Assembly: GCA_965216755.1 (NCBI GenBank)
Contig: CBDCGL010000011.1
Location: 3,936,001 to 4,000,000 of the forward strand
Reading direction: 5' to 3'
From: Alphaproteobacteria bacterium
Lineage (GTDB): Bacteria > Pseudomonadota > Alphaproteobacteria > UBA7887
Length of the DNA stretch: 64,000 bases
Shown here: piece after piece, positions 1-8,699 of the stretch
How positions within the stretch are numbered: the stretch's first letter is position 1
How the letters are laid out: the number at the start of each line of letters is the position of its first letter
Notes under the pieces: model-generated
The model's database searches: none
Told to the model about the DNA's origin: nothing
What the model saw: only the letters and a program-made list of their open reading frames with translations
Position numbers and translations under genes: made by a program

Positions 1-361
1 GGTCACACGCGCCGAATCAGACGAGTCCGCCCACAAGATCGCCTTGGCGATCGCCAATTCGCCGCTTGTGAAGACCGCAATCGCCGGCGAGGATGCCAAT
101 TGGGGACGGATCGTCATGGCCGTGGGCAAGGCCGGTGAACCGGCGCGCCGAGACAGCATCGAAATCCGCATCGGCGGCACACTGATCACCGAACAAGGCG
201 CGGCCCGGCCCGACTATGACGAACGGCCTGTCGCGGCGCATATGAAAGGCCGCGAAATTGCCATTGATGTCGCGGTTGGGGTCGGCGACGGACACGCCAC
301 CGTGTGGACCTGCGATTTGACCCACGGCTACATCAGTATTAACGCCGATTACCGGTCATAG
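1..361 (+). CDS. argJ: Bifunctional ornithine acetyltransferase ArgJ, 3' part (5' end outside window)
   Basis: [26 protein letters not shown] and [18 protein letters not shown] are the ArgJ C-terminal signatures. Confidence 0.95.
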   Translation, partial: VTRAESDESAHKIALAIANSPLVKTAIAGEDANWGRIVMAVGKAGEPARRDSIEIRIGGTLITEQGAARPDYDERPVAAHMKGREIAIDVAVGVGDGHATVWTCDLTHGYISINADYRS

Positions 362-370
362 GCGCCCGCA

Positions 371-1369
371 TTGCGTGACGACGCGCCCGTGACAACGGAT
401 TCAGGCGGCGCTTCTTTCGCGCCGTTGCAGACCGCGCGATTGGACCTGCGGCGCCTGGAATTGGCGGACATCGATACGGTCCACAGGATAGCCGGTGACG
501 TACGCGTGGCGCGGTTCTTGGCTCGCATGCCCTATCCGCTCGCCCGGTCGGCGGTGCATCGCTGGATCGAGGGCAGTCACAAGGAGATGGCCGCTGGCGC
601 CGGCTTCACGTTTGCCTGTTGGCGGCGCGCGGACGGCACGTTTCTGGGCTGTGCGTCGCTGACCATTGCGTCGGGTGATTTGAGCGGAGAGCTCGGCTAT
701 TGGCTCGATCCGGCACATTGGGGCCATGGTTATGCGTCAGAAGCAGTGTCGTATTTGGTCGGTTTGGCGTTCCGCAGTTTTGGGTTGCGGCGGGTGTGGG
801 CTGCGGCCCATTGCGACAATGCCGCCTCTCACAGAGTGTTGGAGACCGCTGGGATGACCACTATCGGCAGCGGCAGACTCGCTTTTCAAGCCTCTGGCGA
901 GACCGCAGCGGTGCGGATCTACCAACTGACCCGCGATGCAGCGGTTGCCAGCCGGCCGCCACATCGGTCGGTTGTCTTCGTCAGCGCGCTGGCCATGATT
1001 GACGGCGAAGATAGGGTGTTGGTGGCGGAACGCCCGGCGGGCAAAGCTATGGCGGGGCTATGGGAGTTTCCGGGCGGCAAAGTTCATGTGGGCGAGACCG
1101 CGCGGCGCGCCCTGGTCCGCGAGATTCGCGAAGAGTTGGCGGTCGAATTGACCGTGGATTCGTTGATTCCGTTGACTATCGCATCGCACCGCTATGACCA
1201 CTTCCACCTGTTGATGCCGCTTTTTGTGTGCCGTATCTGGGGCGGCATGCCGGCGCCACGTGAGGGGCAGAAGTTGTCATGGGTGTCGATCGACAAATTG
1301 TCATCGCTGTCGATGCCGGCCGCTGATGCGCCGCTGGTTGCAACCTTAGGCACCGCCCTCTGTGGGTGA
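371..1369 (+). CDS. Fusion of RimJ/RimL-type GNAT acetyltransferase and MutT-like NUDIX hydrolase
   Basis: N-half ELGYWL..HWGHGYASEA..N.ASHRVL; C-half WEFPGGKV..GE....ALVREIREEL (NUDIX box) and FHLLMPLF; start codon uncertain. Confidence 0.85.
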   Translation: MRDDAPVTTDSGGASFAPLQTARLDLRRLELADIDTVHRIAGDVRVARFLARMPYPLARSAVHRWIEGSHKEMAAGAGFTFACWRRADGTFLGCASLTIASGDLSGELGYWLDPAHWGHGYASEAVSYLVGLAFRSFGLRRVWAAAHCDNAASHRVLETAGMTTIGSGRLAFQASGETAAVRIYQLTRDAAVASRPPHRSVVFVSALAMIDGEDRVLVAERPAGKAMAGLWEFPGGKVHVGETARRALVREIREELAVELTVDSLIPLTIASHRYDHFHLLMPLFVCRIWGGMPAPREGQKLSWVSIDKLSSLSMPAADAPLVATLGTALCG

Positions 1370-2266
1370 GTCGCGCGGCGCGCGCGTCGGTGGGTCCTTG
1401 GCCAAGGCGTCTGTCAAGCGCGCCGTGGCCGTGCCCGGTTGTAGCGCCTGTGGTTGCGACGGGTGCGGCGCCCACCCGGTTAAGGTGATGATCTCGAACG
1501 TAACCGGGACCCGGCCGCTTCGGTCACTGTGACGGCTTTGGTAAAGACCGGCGGCCCCCAGCATGGCGTCGCGACGCGCGAATCGGCGTGGTCGGTCAAC
1601 CAGGGCATTGGCCTGGCCCATGCCGCGCAAGTCGCGCATCACTGCCAAGGCGTCTGGATAGCTGGCGCTGATGCTGTCGGAATCGACGACCGGGAGCGCA
1701 AATCCGGCGCGCTGTAGCAGCATGCCAAGGGTCTGCACGGTGGCGAAGGGTGCGATTCGCGGCGGCACGCCGGCCCCCAGCGTTGCGTCGGCATCGATGA
1801 AGGCGGCGCGCAAGTCGGCCAGGCTGTCGCCACCGAGAAGGGCGGCGATCATCAAACCGTCGGGCTTCAGGCAGCGCCGGATCTGTATCAGCGTGCCAGG
1901 CAGATCGTTGACCCAATGCAAGTTCAACACACTCAGGACGAGATCAAACGCCGCCGACCGAAAGGGCAATCGTTCCTCGTCGACGACCAACCGAACGCCA
2001 TATGCGCACCCGACCATGGCTTCCGACAGATCGCACTGCACAATATGGGTTATGCCATGCTGGCCGTTCAGGCGCGCGCGCAACAGGCCTGTGTGACAGC
2101 CAAGGTCTAGGACGCGCGGAAACCGTCGGTCGATATCGTTGAGGCGATCCGCGACGCGATCAGCGACCTCGGCGACGAGGAAATCATGGTTGGCAAAATC
2201 CGCGGCGGCGCGATCGCGATGGCGCCGGACCGCCCGACGATCAAAGATCACAGCGCGCTCAGCCAT
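1346..2266 (-). CDS. SAM-dependent methyltransferase (BioC/NDUFAF5-like)
   Basis: VLDLGCHTG, LHWVNDLPGTLIQIRRCLKPDG, LLQRAGFALPVVD; divergent from comF as is usual in alphaproteobacteria. Confidence 0.88.
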   Translation of the reverse strand: MAERAVIFDRRAVRRHRDRAAADFANHDFLVAEVADRVADRLNDIDRRFPRVLDLGCHTGLLRARLNGQHGITHIVQCDLSEAMVGCAYGVRLVVDEERLPFRSAAFDLVLSVLNLHWVNDLPGTLIQIRRCLKPDGLMIAALLGGDSLADLRAAFIDADATLGAGVPPRIAPFATVQTLGMLLQRAGFALPVVDSDSISASYPDALAVMRDLRGMGQANALVDRPRRFARRDAMLGAAGLYQSRHSDRSGRVPVTFEIITLTGWAPHPSQPQALQPGTATARLTDALAKDPPTRAPRDSPTEGGA

Positions 2267-2300
2267 GGCATATTTATCGCCCATCATCGACAAACGCACC

Positions 2301-3089
2301 ATGGGGACCCGGATGAACGATCAATTGGGTGGTTTGGCCCGAACCTGGGGCCATCGTGCCGTGACCGGGTTTCTGGACCTTCTGCTGCCGCCTCATTGCA
2401 TCGCATGTGGCCGTCAGATTACCGGTGAACGTGGTCTGTGCGGCACGTGTTGGTCGACCATCGACTTCATTGGCGCGCCCATGTGTGTCCGCTGTGGATT
2501 GCCCTTCGACCACGACCCTGGTGGTGTTGCTCTCTGTGGGTCCTGTGCCGCGGAGCCACCCGTTTTTGACTCCGCGCGCGCGGTGATGCGCTATGACGAC
2601 ATCCCGGCGGCACTTGTCATCGGCCTCAAGCATCGTGATCGCACTGATTTGGCGCCCACCCTGGCGATGTGGTTGGCGCGGGCAGGTGGCCCGTTGATCG
2701 GTGAATCGGACATTGTTGTCCCGGTCCCCTTGCATCGGCGGCGCCTGTGGGCACGCCGCTACAATCAGTCGGCGTTGTTGGCCTTTGCGTTGGCCCGCTG
2801 CGCGCGCCGCGATGGCCGTGGCATTCGCGTCGTGCCTGACGCGTTGCGGCGCGATCGTGCGACCCGCTCTCAGGGCGGGCTGGGGCGCGGCAAGCGGTTT
2901 GAAAATGTCCGCGGCGCGTTTTCGGTGGCGTCGCGCCATGAGTCGGCAATTGCCGGCCGCCGCGTGCTGCTGATCGATGACGTCATGACCACGGGCGCCA
3001 CTGTCGCGGCGTGTGCCGCGGCGTTGCGCGGTTCCGGTGCGGAGGCCGTGAATGTTCTGGTGCTGGCCCGTGTTTTGAGCGCGGCATAG
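2301..3089 (+). CDS. comF: ComF family protein (zinc ribbon + phosphoribosyltransferase)
   Basis: CxxC pairs, VPVPLH, RRYNQS, VLLIDDVMTTGAT. Confidence 0.9.
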   Translation: MGTRMNDQLGGLARTWGHRAVTGFLDLLLPPHCIACGRQITGERGLCGTCWSTIDFIGAPMCVRCGLPFDHDPGGVALCGSCAAEPPVFDSARAVMRYDDIPAALVIGLKHRDRTDLAPTLAMWLARAGGPLIGESDIVVPVPLHRRRLWARRYNQSALLAFALARCARRDGRGIRVVPDALRRDRATRSQGGLGRGKRFENVRGAFSVASRHESAIAGRRVLLIDDVMTTGATVAACAAALRGSGAEAVNVLVLARVLSAA

Positions 3090-3161
3090 CAATGCTGGAA
3101 TTGCATTGTAAAATCAGTCTAAAGAATAACATGATGGCGACGATCGACAACGGGTACGTGC

Positions 3162-3422
3162 ATGGCCGATATTGTAATGTATAGCAATGCCTTCTGCCCC
3201 TTCTGCATGCGCGCGCGGCAATTGTTCAAGGCAAAAGGCGTGGCCTTTGAGGAGATCGATATCTTGGCGCAACCGCGCCGACGGCAAGAGATGCTGGAAC
3301 GCGCCGGCGGCCGCACCTCGGTGCCGCAAATCTTTATTGACGATCAGCATATCGGCGGATCGGACGAACTGGTCGCGTTGGACCGCGCCGGGCGGCTGGA
3401 CGGCCTGTTGGGCCTGGACTAA
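3162..3422 (+). CDS. grxC: Glutaredoxin 3
   Basis: CPFC active site, SVPQIFI, IGGSD. Confidence 0.93.
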   Translation: MADIVMYSNAFCPFCMRARQLFKAKGVAFEEIDILAQPRRRQEMLERAGGRTSVPQIFIDDQHIGGSDELVALDRAGRLDGLLGLD

Positions 3423-3434
3423 GGGGGCGAGGGC

Positions 3435-4283
3435 GTGGGTGCGTCATTGACCGTTGGTTTGGTACAGCTGACCAGCACACCGGATTTGGCGGCCACGGTG
3501 GCCCATGCCTGCGGATGCATCCAAGACGCCGCTGTCGCAGGGGCGCAGTTGGTGCTATTGCCGGAAAACGCGGCGATGATGGGGCGCGAACGGGAGGTGC
3601 GCGCCGCCGCCGCAAACGAGGCGGATCATCCGGCGTTGGCCGCGTTTCGCGCGGCGGCGACGGACGCTGGCGTTTGGCTTTTGGCGGGCTCGGTTGCCGT
3701 GCCCGCGGGCGACGGCCGCCTCCATAATCGGTCGATCCTGTTCGACGAACACGGCCGGCGGGTCGCCCATTACGACAAGATCCACATGTTCGACGTCGAT
3801 CTGGCAAACGGCGAACGCTATCGCGAGTCCGCCAATTTCGCGCCGGGCGGCGCGGCTTGCATGGCACAGACGCCGTGGGGGCGTCTGGGCATGACCGTGT
3901 GCTACGATTTGCGCTTTCCCCATCTGTTTCGAGCCTTGGCGCAAGCCGGTGCGGCGCTGATCAGCGTGCCATCGGCGTTCACCCGACCAACCGGGGCCGC
4001 CCACTGGCACGTTTTGCTGCGCGCGCGGGCGATCGAAACCGGTTGTTTCATATTGGCGCCCGCCCAATGCGGTCGTCACTATGGACGCCGCGAGACCTAT
4101 GGTCATTCTCTGGTCGTCGATCCTTGGGGCGAGATCGTCGCGGAAGCCGGCGAGACGCCAGAGTTGTTGGTGACGACGCTCGATCTCACCCGAATCGGTG
4201 CGGCGCGGGCCATGGTGGCGAGCCTCGATCACGACCGACCGTTTACGCCGCCCAATCATTCGCCACTTAAGGCTGCGGAATAG
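3435..4283 (+). CDS. Carbon-nitrogen hydrolase (Nit1-like)
   Basis: LPEN, YDKIHMFDV, VCYDLRFP (E-K-C triad), LLRARAIETG, YGHSLVVDPWG. Confidence 0.92.
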   Translation: MGASLTVGLVQLTSTPDLAATVAHACGCIQDAAVAGAQLVLLPENAAMMGREREVRAAAANEADHPALAAFRAAATDAGVWLLAGSVAVPAGDGRLHNRSILFDEHGRRVAHYDKIHMFDVDLANGERYRESANFAPGGAACMAQTPWGRLGMTVCYDLRFPHLFRALAQAGAALISVPSAFTRPTGAAHWHVLLRARAIETGCFILAPAQCGRHYGRRETYGHSLVVDPWGEIVAEAGETPELLVTTLDLTRIGAARAMVASLDHDRPFTPPNHSPLKAAE

Positions 4284-4848
4284 GTTGCACCTCTGGCGCG
4301 GTCGCCGCGCGTACGGCGACGATGCGTTGCACGCAGCTTGGCCGCGGTGCGCCGGTGGTGACGTCTTCGTAGGCGACGACGCGCAACTGTCCGCGCACGA
4401 CGTCCAGCAATTCGCCCGGAAGCAGCAGGTGGTCCGGGTTGCGCGGCCGCCCGAAGCGCTCATTGCCGCGCGCAAATGTCTCGTAGAAGAGAACACCGCC
4501 CTGCGCGACGGCCGCGACTATGTCAGACAATATGGGGCGGTACAGATAGTTGCAGACCACAACGCCGGCAAAGATAGCGTCGCCGAGCGGCCAGGGTCGA
4601 CCATCCTCCAGATCGACGGTCACGGCGTTGAACCGCGCGTCGTCGAGTTCCTCAAATCCGGTCAGGTCACGGTCGACAGCGGTCACCGGGTGGCCGCGAT
4701 CACGGAAAAAGCGGCTATGACGACCGGCGCCGCAGGCAACGTCAAGGACCGGGCCTGTTGGTGGTACAAGTTGCGCGAAACGGGTGACCCAGGGGGAAGG
4801 TGCCACGGCGCCATGTGGCGCCCGGGCTAAATGCCGATCGGCGGCCAT
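4267..4848 (-). CDS. Class I SAM-dependent methyltransferase
   Basis: VLDVACGAGRH, VCNYLYRP, YETF. Confidence 0.85.
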   Translation of the reverse strand: MAADRHLARAPHGAVAPSPWVTRFAQLVPPTGPVLDVACGAGRHSRFFRDRGHPVTAVDRDLTGFEELDDARFNAVTVDLEDGRPWPLGDAIFAGVVVCNYLYRPILSDIVAAVAQGGVLFYETFARGNERFGRPRNPDHLLLPGELLDVVRGQLRVVAYEDVTTGAPRPSCVQRIVAVRAATAPEVQPIPQP

Positions 4849-4938
4849 GGCGTCTTGCAGGTTTGACAGGTTGTGGTCATTTGGGCGACAAGAAGATCTG
4901 TTGAATTGCGCGCAGCGCGTGAGGTCTGAAAAGGGCGC

Positions 4939-5391
4939 ATGATCTTATTCGATCTGAAATGTGGCAACGACCATACATTTGAAGCGTGGTTTCGCGACGG
5001 CGCCACATTCGAGGCCCAGGCCGCGCAAGGTGAAATCGCGTGCCCGCTTTGCGCCGACACATCGGTCGAGAAAGCGCCGATGGCGCCGAATATCGCCCGG
5101 GCCAAGGGCGGCGGGTCGGGATCCGCGGAACAGGCGTTGCAGACTTTGCCGCCTGAAGCCAAGCGTCATCTTGGCGAATTTCGTGAGCGTCTCACGGCGC
5201 TGCGGAAGGAGATTGAAAAGAATTCGCACTATGTCGGCCCCAAGTTCGCCGAGGAAGCGCGCAAGATCCATTACGGCGAAGTCGACCACCGCAATATTCA
5301 CGGCGAGGCCAGCAACGAAGAGGCGCGTGAAATGTCGGACGAGGGCATTCCGTTTGTTGTGGTGCCATGGATTTCGCGCGGCGACAGCTGA
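4939..5391 (+). CDS. DUF1178 family protein
   Basis: LKC..DH.FEAWF, CPLC, MAP, YVG.KFAEEARKIHYGE. Confidence 0.9.
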   Translation: MILFDLKCGNDHTFEAWFRDGATFEAQAAQGEIACPLCADTSVEKAPMAPNIARAKGGGSGSAEQALQTLPPEAKRHLGEFRERLTALRKEIEKNSHYVGPKFAEEARKIHYGEVDHRNIHGEASNEEAREMSDEGIPFVVVPWISRGDS

Positions 5392-5404
5392 ATATTGGGG
5401 AAAT

Positions 5405-6190
5405 CTACACCCGGCTCAGCGAGGGCCTGGACGCCGCGATCAAGTAATTGACGCCGACATCGGCGCTGAGGTGCCAATGATTGGCCAGCGGATTGAATGC
5501 CATTCCCTGGATCTCGTCGACCAACAGACCAGCCCGAGTCAGGGCGCCGGCGAACTCAGCTGGTTTGACGAACTTTGACCATTTGTGGGTGCCGCGCGGC
5601 AGCCAGCGCAGCACATATTCCGCGCCCACGATGGCCATTCCAAAGGCTTTTGCTGTGCGATTGAGCGTTGAGGCGATCGCGATCCCGCCGGGCGCGACAC
5701 AGGCCGCCGCCGCGCGCGCGAAGGCCGAAAAATCGGCGACATGTTCGACGATCTCCAGGCAAAGAACGGCATCGAAATTTTCCCCGGCGGCGACGATATC
5801 GTCGACCGTTACATTATGGTAGGCGATATCGAGGCCGGTCTTGGCGGCATGGGCACGGGCCACGGCGATATTGCGCGTCGACGCGTCGATGCCGGTCACT
5901 GCCGCGCCAAGGCGCGCCACGGGTTCGCAGAGCAAACCGCCGCCACAGCCGATGTCGAGCACGGTTAAGCCGTCAAGCGCGCGCGGTGCTTCGACATCGC
6001 GCGCGAATCGCGCGGCGATATGGTCTCGGATATAGCGCAGGCGAAGCGGATTCATGCGATGCAACGGCGCCATCGGTCCGTCGGTATCCCACCAGGTTGC
6101 CGCCATTGCATCGAATTGGGCTATTTCCCGTGGGTCCACTGTTGATGACCCAACATGGCCTTTCGGTTGGGCCGAGATGTCATCCTTCAT
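5405..6190 (-). CDS. ubiG: Ubiquinone biosynthesis O-methyltransferase
   Basis: WWD.DG.M.PLH.MNPLR, LDIGCGGGLL, EIVEHV, AEYVLRWLPRGTH. Confidence 0.95.
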   Translation of the reverse strand: MKDDISAQPKGHVGSSTVDPREIAQFDAMAATWWDTDGPMAPLHRMNPLRLRYIRDHIAARFARDVEAPRALDGLTVLDIGCGGGLLCEPVARLGAAVTGIDASTRNIAVARAHAAKTGLDIAYHNVTVDDIVAAGENFDAVLCLEIVEHVADFSAFARAAAACVAPGGIAIASTLNRTAKAFGMAIVGAEYVLRWLPRGTHKWSKFVKPAEFAGALTRAGLLVDEIQGMAFNPLANHWHLSADVGVNYLIAASRPSLSRV

Positions 6191-6342
6191 CGCTCTGCAT
6201 CCTCCAATTGGCCAAGTGCCCGACTTGCGCGGTTAACGGGCCGCAAGTATCTATAAGAGCACGGTTGACGACAACGGCACCCGCGCATTCACGGTTCGTG
6301 GTGCGTGCGTCTTTGCGAAACAGCGGCGCGAAAATGTAAGCC

Positions 6343-7563
6343 ATGGCGCGTATTGTTCAGAAGTTCGGCGGCACATCGGTCGGTGATATCGAACGTATTC
6401 GCAATGTGGCGCGGACGGTGCAGCGGGCCGCGATGGCCGGTGACCAGATTGCCGTGGTGGTCTCGGCGATGGCCGGCACGACCAATCAGCTTGCCGATTG
6501 GGCTCTGGAAATCGCACCGCTCGCCGACACGCGTGAATATGATGTGGTCGTTGCGGCAGGCGAACAAATCACCGCGGGCCTGCTGGCAATCGCTTTGCAA
6601 GATATGGGGCTGGTGGCGCGCTCGTGGCTGGCTTGGCAGCTGCCATTCAGAACCGACGGCATGCATGGTAAGGCGCGAATCGGCGAAATCGGTGTCGATC
6701 AACTGGATACGCGGCTGGCGGCGGGCGAGATTGCCGTGGTCGCCGGGTTTCAGGGATTGGGCCCACGCGACCGCTTGACCACCCTGGGGCGGGGTGGTTC
6801 CGACGCCTCGGCGGTGGCGCTGGCGGCCGCTCTTGGCGCTGATCGCTGCGACATTTTTACCGATGTCGATGGCGTCTATACATGCGATCCGCGGCTCGTT
6901 GCCAAGGCGCGGAAGCTTGATAAGATCGCCTACGAGGAAATGCTTGAGCTTGCCTCGCAAGGCGCAAAGGTGCTGCAGACCCGGTCGGTGGCGTTGGCCA
7001 TGCGCCACGGTGTGGTGGTGCAGGTGCGGTCAAGTTTCGACGATGTTCCGGGGACACTTCTGGTCGATGAGGATGATACCATGGAGCAAGAGGTTGTCAG
7101 CGGCATCGCCTACAGCCGGGACGAAGCCAAGGTCAATTTGATCGGCATGGCCGATCGGCCGGGTATTGCGGCGCGGATCTTTGGGCCGCTCGCCGAAGCC
7201 AACGTCAATGTCGATATGATTGTGCAAAACGCTTCGGACGATGGTCGATCTGCGGATATCACGTTTACCGTGACCAAGGGCGATCTGGAGCGGGCGGTGG
7301 CGACGCTGGAACCACTGCGTGAAGAACTCGGTTTTCGAGAGCTGCTGTTTGACGCGGACGTGGTCAAAGTGTCGGTGATCGGAGTCGGCATGCGTAGTCA
7401 TGCCGGTGTCGCCCAAAAGATGTTTCAGACACTGGCCGACCGCGGCATCAACATCCAAGTTATCTCAACATCGGAGATCAAGGTCAGCGTGCTGATCAGC
7501 GAAGAATATACCGAACTTGCCCTGCGTTCATTGCACACTGCCTATGGTTTGGACGCCGCCTAG
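6343..7563 (+). CDS. lysC: Aspartate kinase
   Basis: VQKFGGTSV, TTLGRGGSD, DVDGVYTCDPR, two ACT domains. Confidence 0.96.
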   Translation: MARIVQKFGGTSVGDIERIRNVARTVQRAAMAGDQIAVVVSAMAGTTNQLADWALEIAPLADTREYDVVVAAGEQITAGLLAIALQDMGLVARSWLAWQLPFRTDGMHGKARIGEIGVDQLDTRLAAGEIAVVAGFQGLGPRDRLTTLGRGGSDASAVALAAALGADRCDIFTDVDGVYTCDPRLVAKARKLDKIAYEEMLELASQGAKVLQTRSVALAMRHGVVVQVRSSFDDVPGTLLVDEDDTMEQEVVSGIAYSRDEAKVNLIGMADRPGIAARIFGPLAEANVNVDMIVQNASDDGRSADITFTVTKGDLERAVATLEPLREELGFRELLFDADVVKVSVIGVGMRSHAGVAQKMFQTLADRGINIQVISTSEIKVSVLISEEYTELALRSLHTAYGLDAA

Positions 7564-7631
7564 CCTGATCGTCTCTGTCGCGGCCGATTGCCTTGAATCG
7601 ATCCGATGCCCCGCTCTGTCAATGGTCCGCT

Positions 7632-8699
7632 ATGCGCGCTGATATTAACCAAGAGATGCCCGGTTACCGGCGCCTGGAACGGCTCTGGCGGCGCGGCTGC
7701 GCGTTGCTCGGCGCCGAATATGGAGTGCTGGGCGGCGCCATGTCGTGGATCTCGAACCATCAATTGGTGGCCGCCATATCCAACGCGGGCGGCTTTGGTG
7801 TCATCGCATGCGGTTCGATGGGGCCAGATCTCTTGGCGGCGGAAATCGAAGCGACGCGGGGTCTGACGGATCGACCTTTCGGCGTCAATTTGATCACGAT
7901 GCACCCTGAGCTTCTGGATCTGATCGATGTGTGCGGCGCTCAGAACGTGAGCCATGTGGTGTTGGCGGGCGGCCTGCCGCCGTCGGCCGCGATCAACCGT
8001 ATCAAGGATCGGGGCGCGCGTGTCTTGTGCTTTGCTCCGGCGTTGGTCTTGGCGAAAAAGCTGATCCGCATGGGGGTCGACGCCCTGATCATCGAGGGCA
8101 TGGAGGCCGGCGGCCATATTGGGCCGGTCGCGACCAGTGTGCTCGCCCAGGAAATTCTGCCCCATATCAGCGACGTGCCGATTTTCGTCGCCGGCGGCAT
8201 CGGCCGCGGCGAGGCCATTGCGTCTTATCTGGAAATGGGGGCCGCCGGTTGCCAGCTTGGTACACGGTTTGTGTGCGCGGATGAATCGATCGCTCATCCG
8301 GATTTTAAGAAAGCGATGATTCGGGCCAATGCGCGTGATGCCCAAACCAGTGTTCAGCTGGACCCGAAGTTTCCGGTTATCCCGGTGCGCGCCTTGACCA
8401 ATGACGCGACGCGCGCATTTGTCGCGCTGCAAAAGGACGTGATCGATCGTTATCGCGCCGGACAAATCAATCAAAATGCGGCGCAGTTGGAGATCGAGCA
8501 TTTCTGGGTCGGCGCATTGCGTCGCGCGGTGATCGACGGTGATTTGGAACATGGCTCGATGATGGCCGGTCAAAGCGTCGCATTTGTCACCAAGCCGCAG
8601 TCAACCGCGGAGATTATCGGCGAGTTGGTGAACCAAGCCGCAGCCGCCTTGGCGGCGCGCGGCGAGGCGATAGAAACGCCCGCCGAGGCAATCGTCTGA
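7632..8699 (+). CDS. Nitronate monooxygenase / FabK-like flavoprotein
   Basis: GGAMSW, EGMEAGGHIG, AGGIG, QLGTRF, MAGQS; start uncertain. Confidence 0.88.
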   Translation: MRADINQEMPGYRRLERLWRRGCALLGAEYGVLGGAMSWISNHQLVAAISNAGGFGVIACGSMGPDLLAAEIEATRGLTDRPFGVNLITMHPELLDLIDVCGAQNVSHVVLAGGLPPSAAINRIKDRGARVLCFAPALVLAKKLIRMGVDALIIEGMEAGGHIGPVATSVLAQEILPHISDVPIFVAGGIGRGEAIASYLEMGAAGCQLGTRFVCADESIAHPDFKKAMIRANARDAQTSVQLDPKFPVIPVRALTNDATRAFVALQKDVIDRYRAGQINQNAAQLEIEHFWVGALRRAVIDGDLEHGSMMAGQSVAFVTKPQSTAEIIGELVNQAAAALAARGEAIETPAEAIV

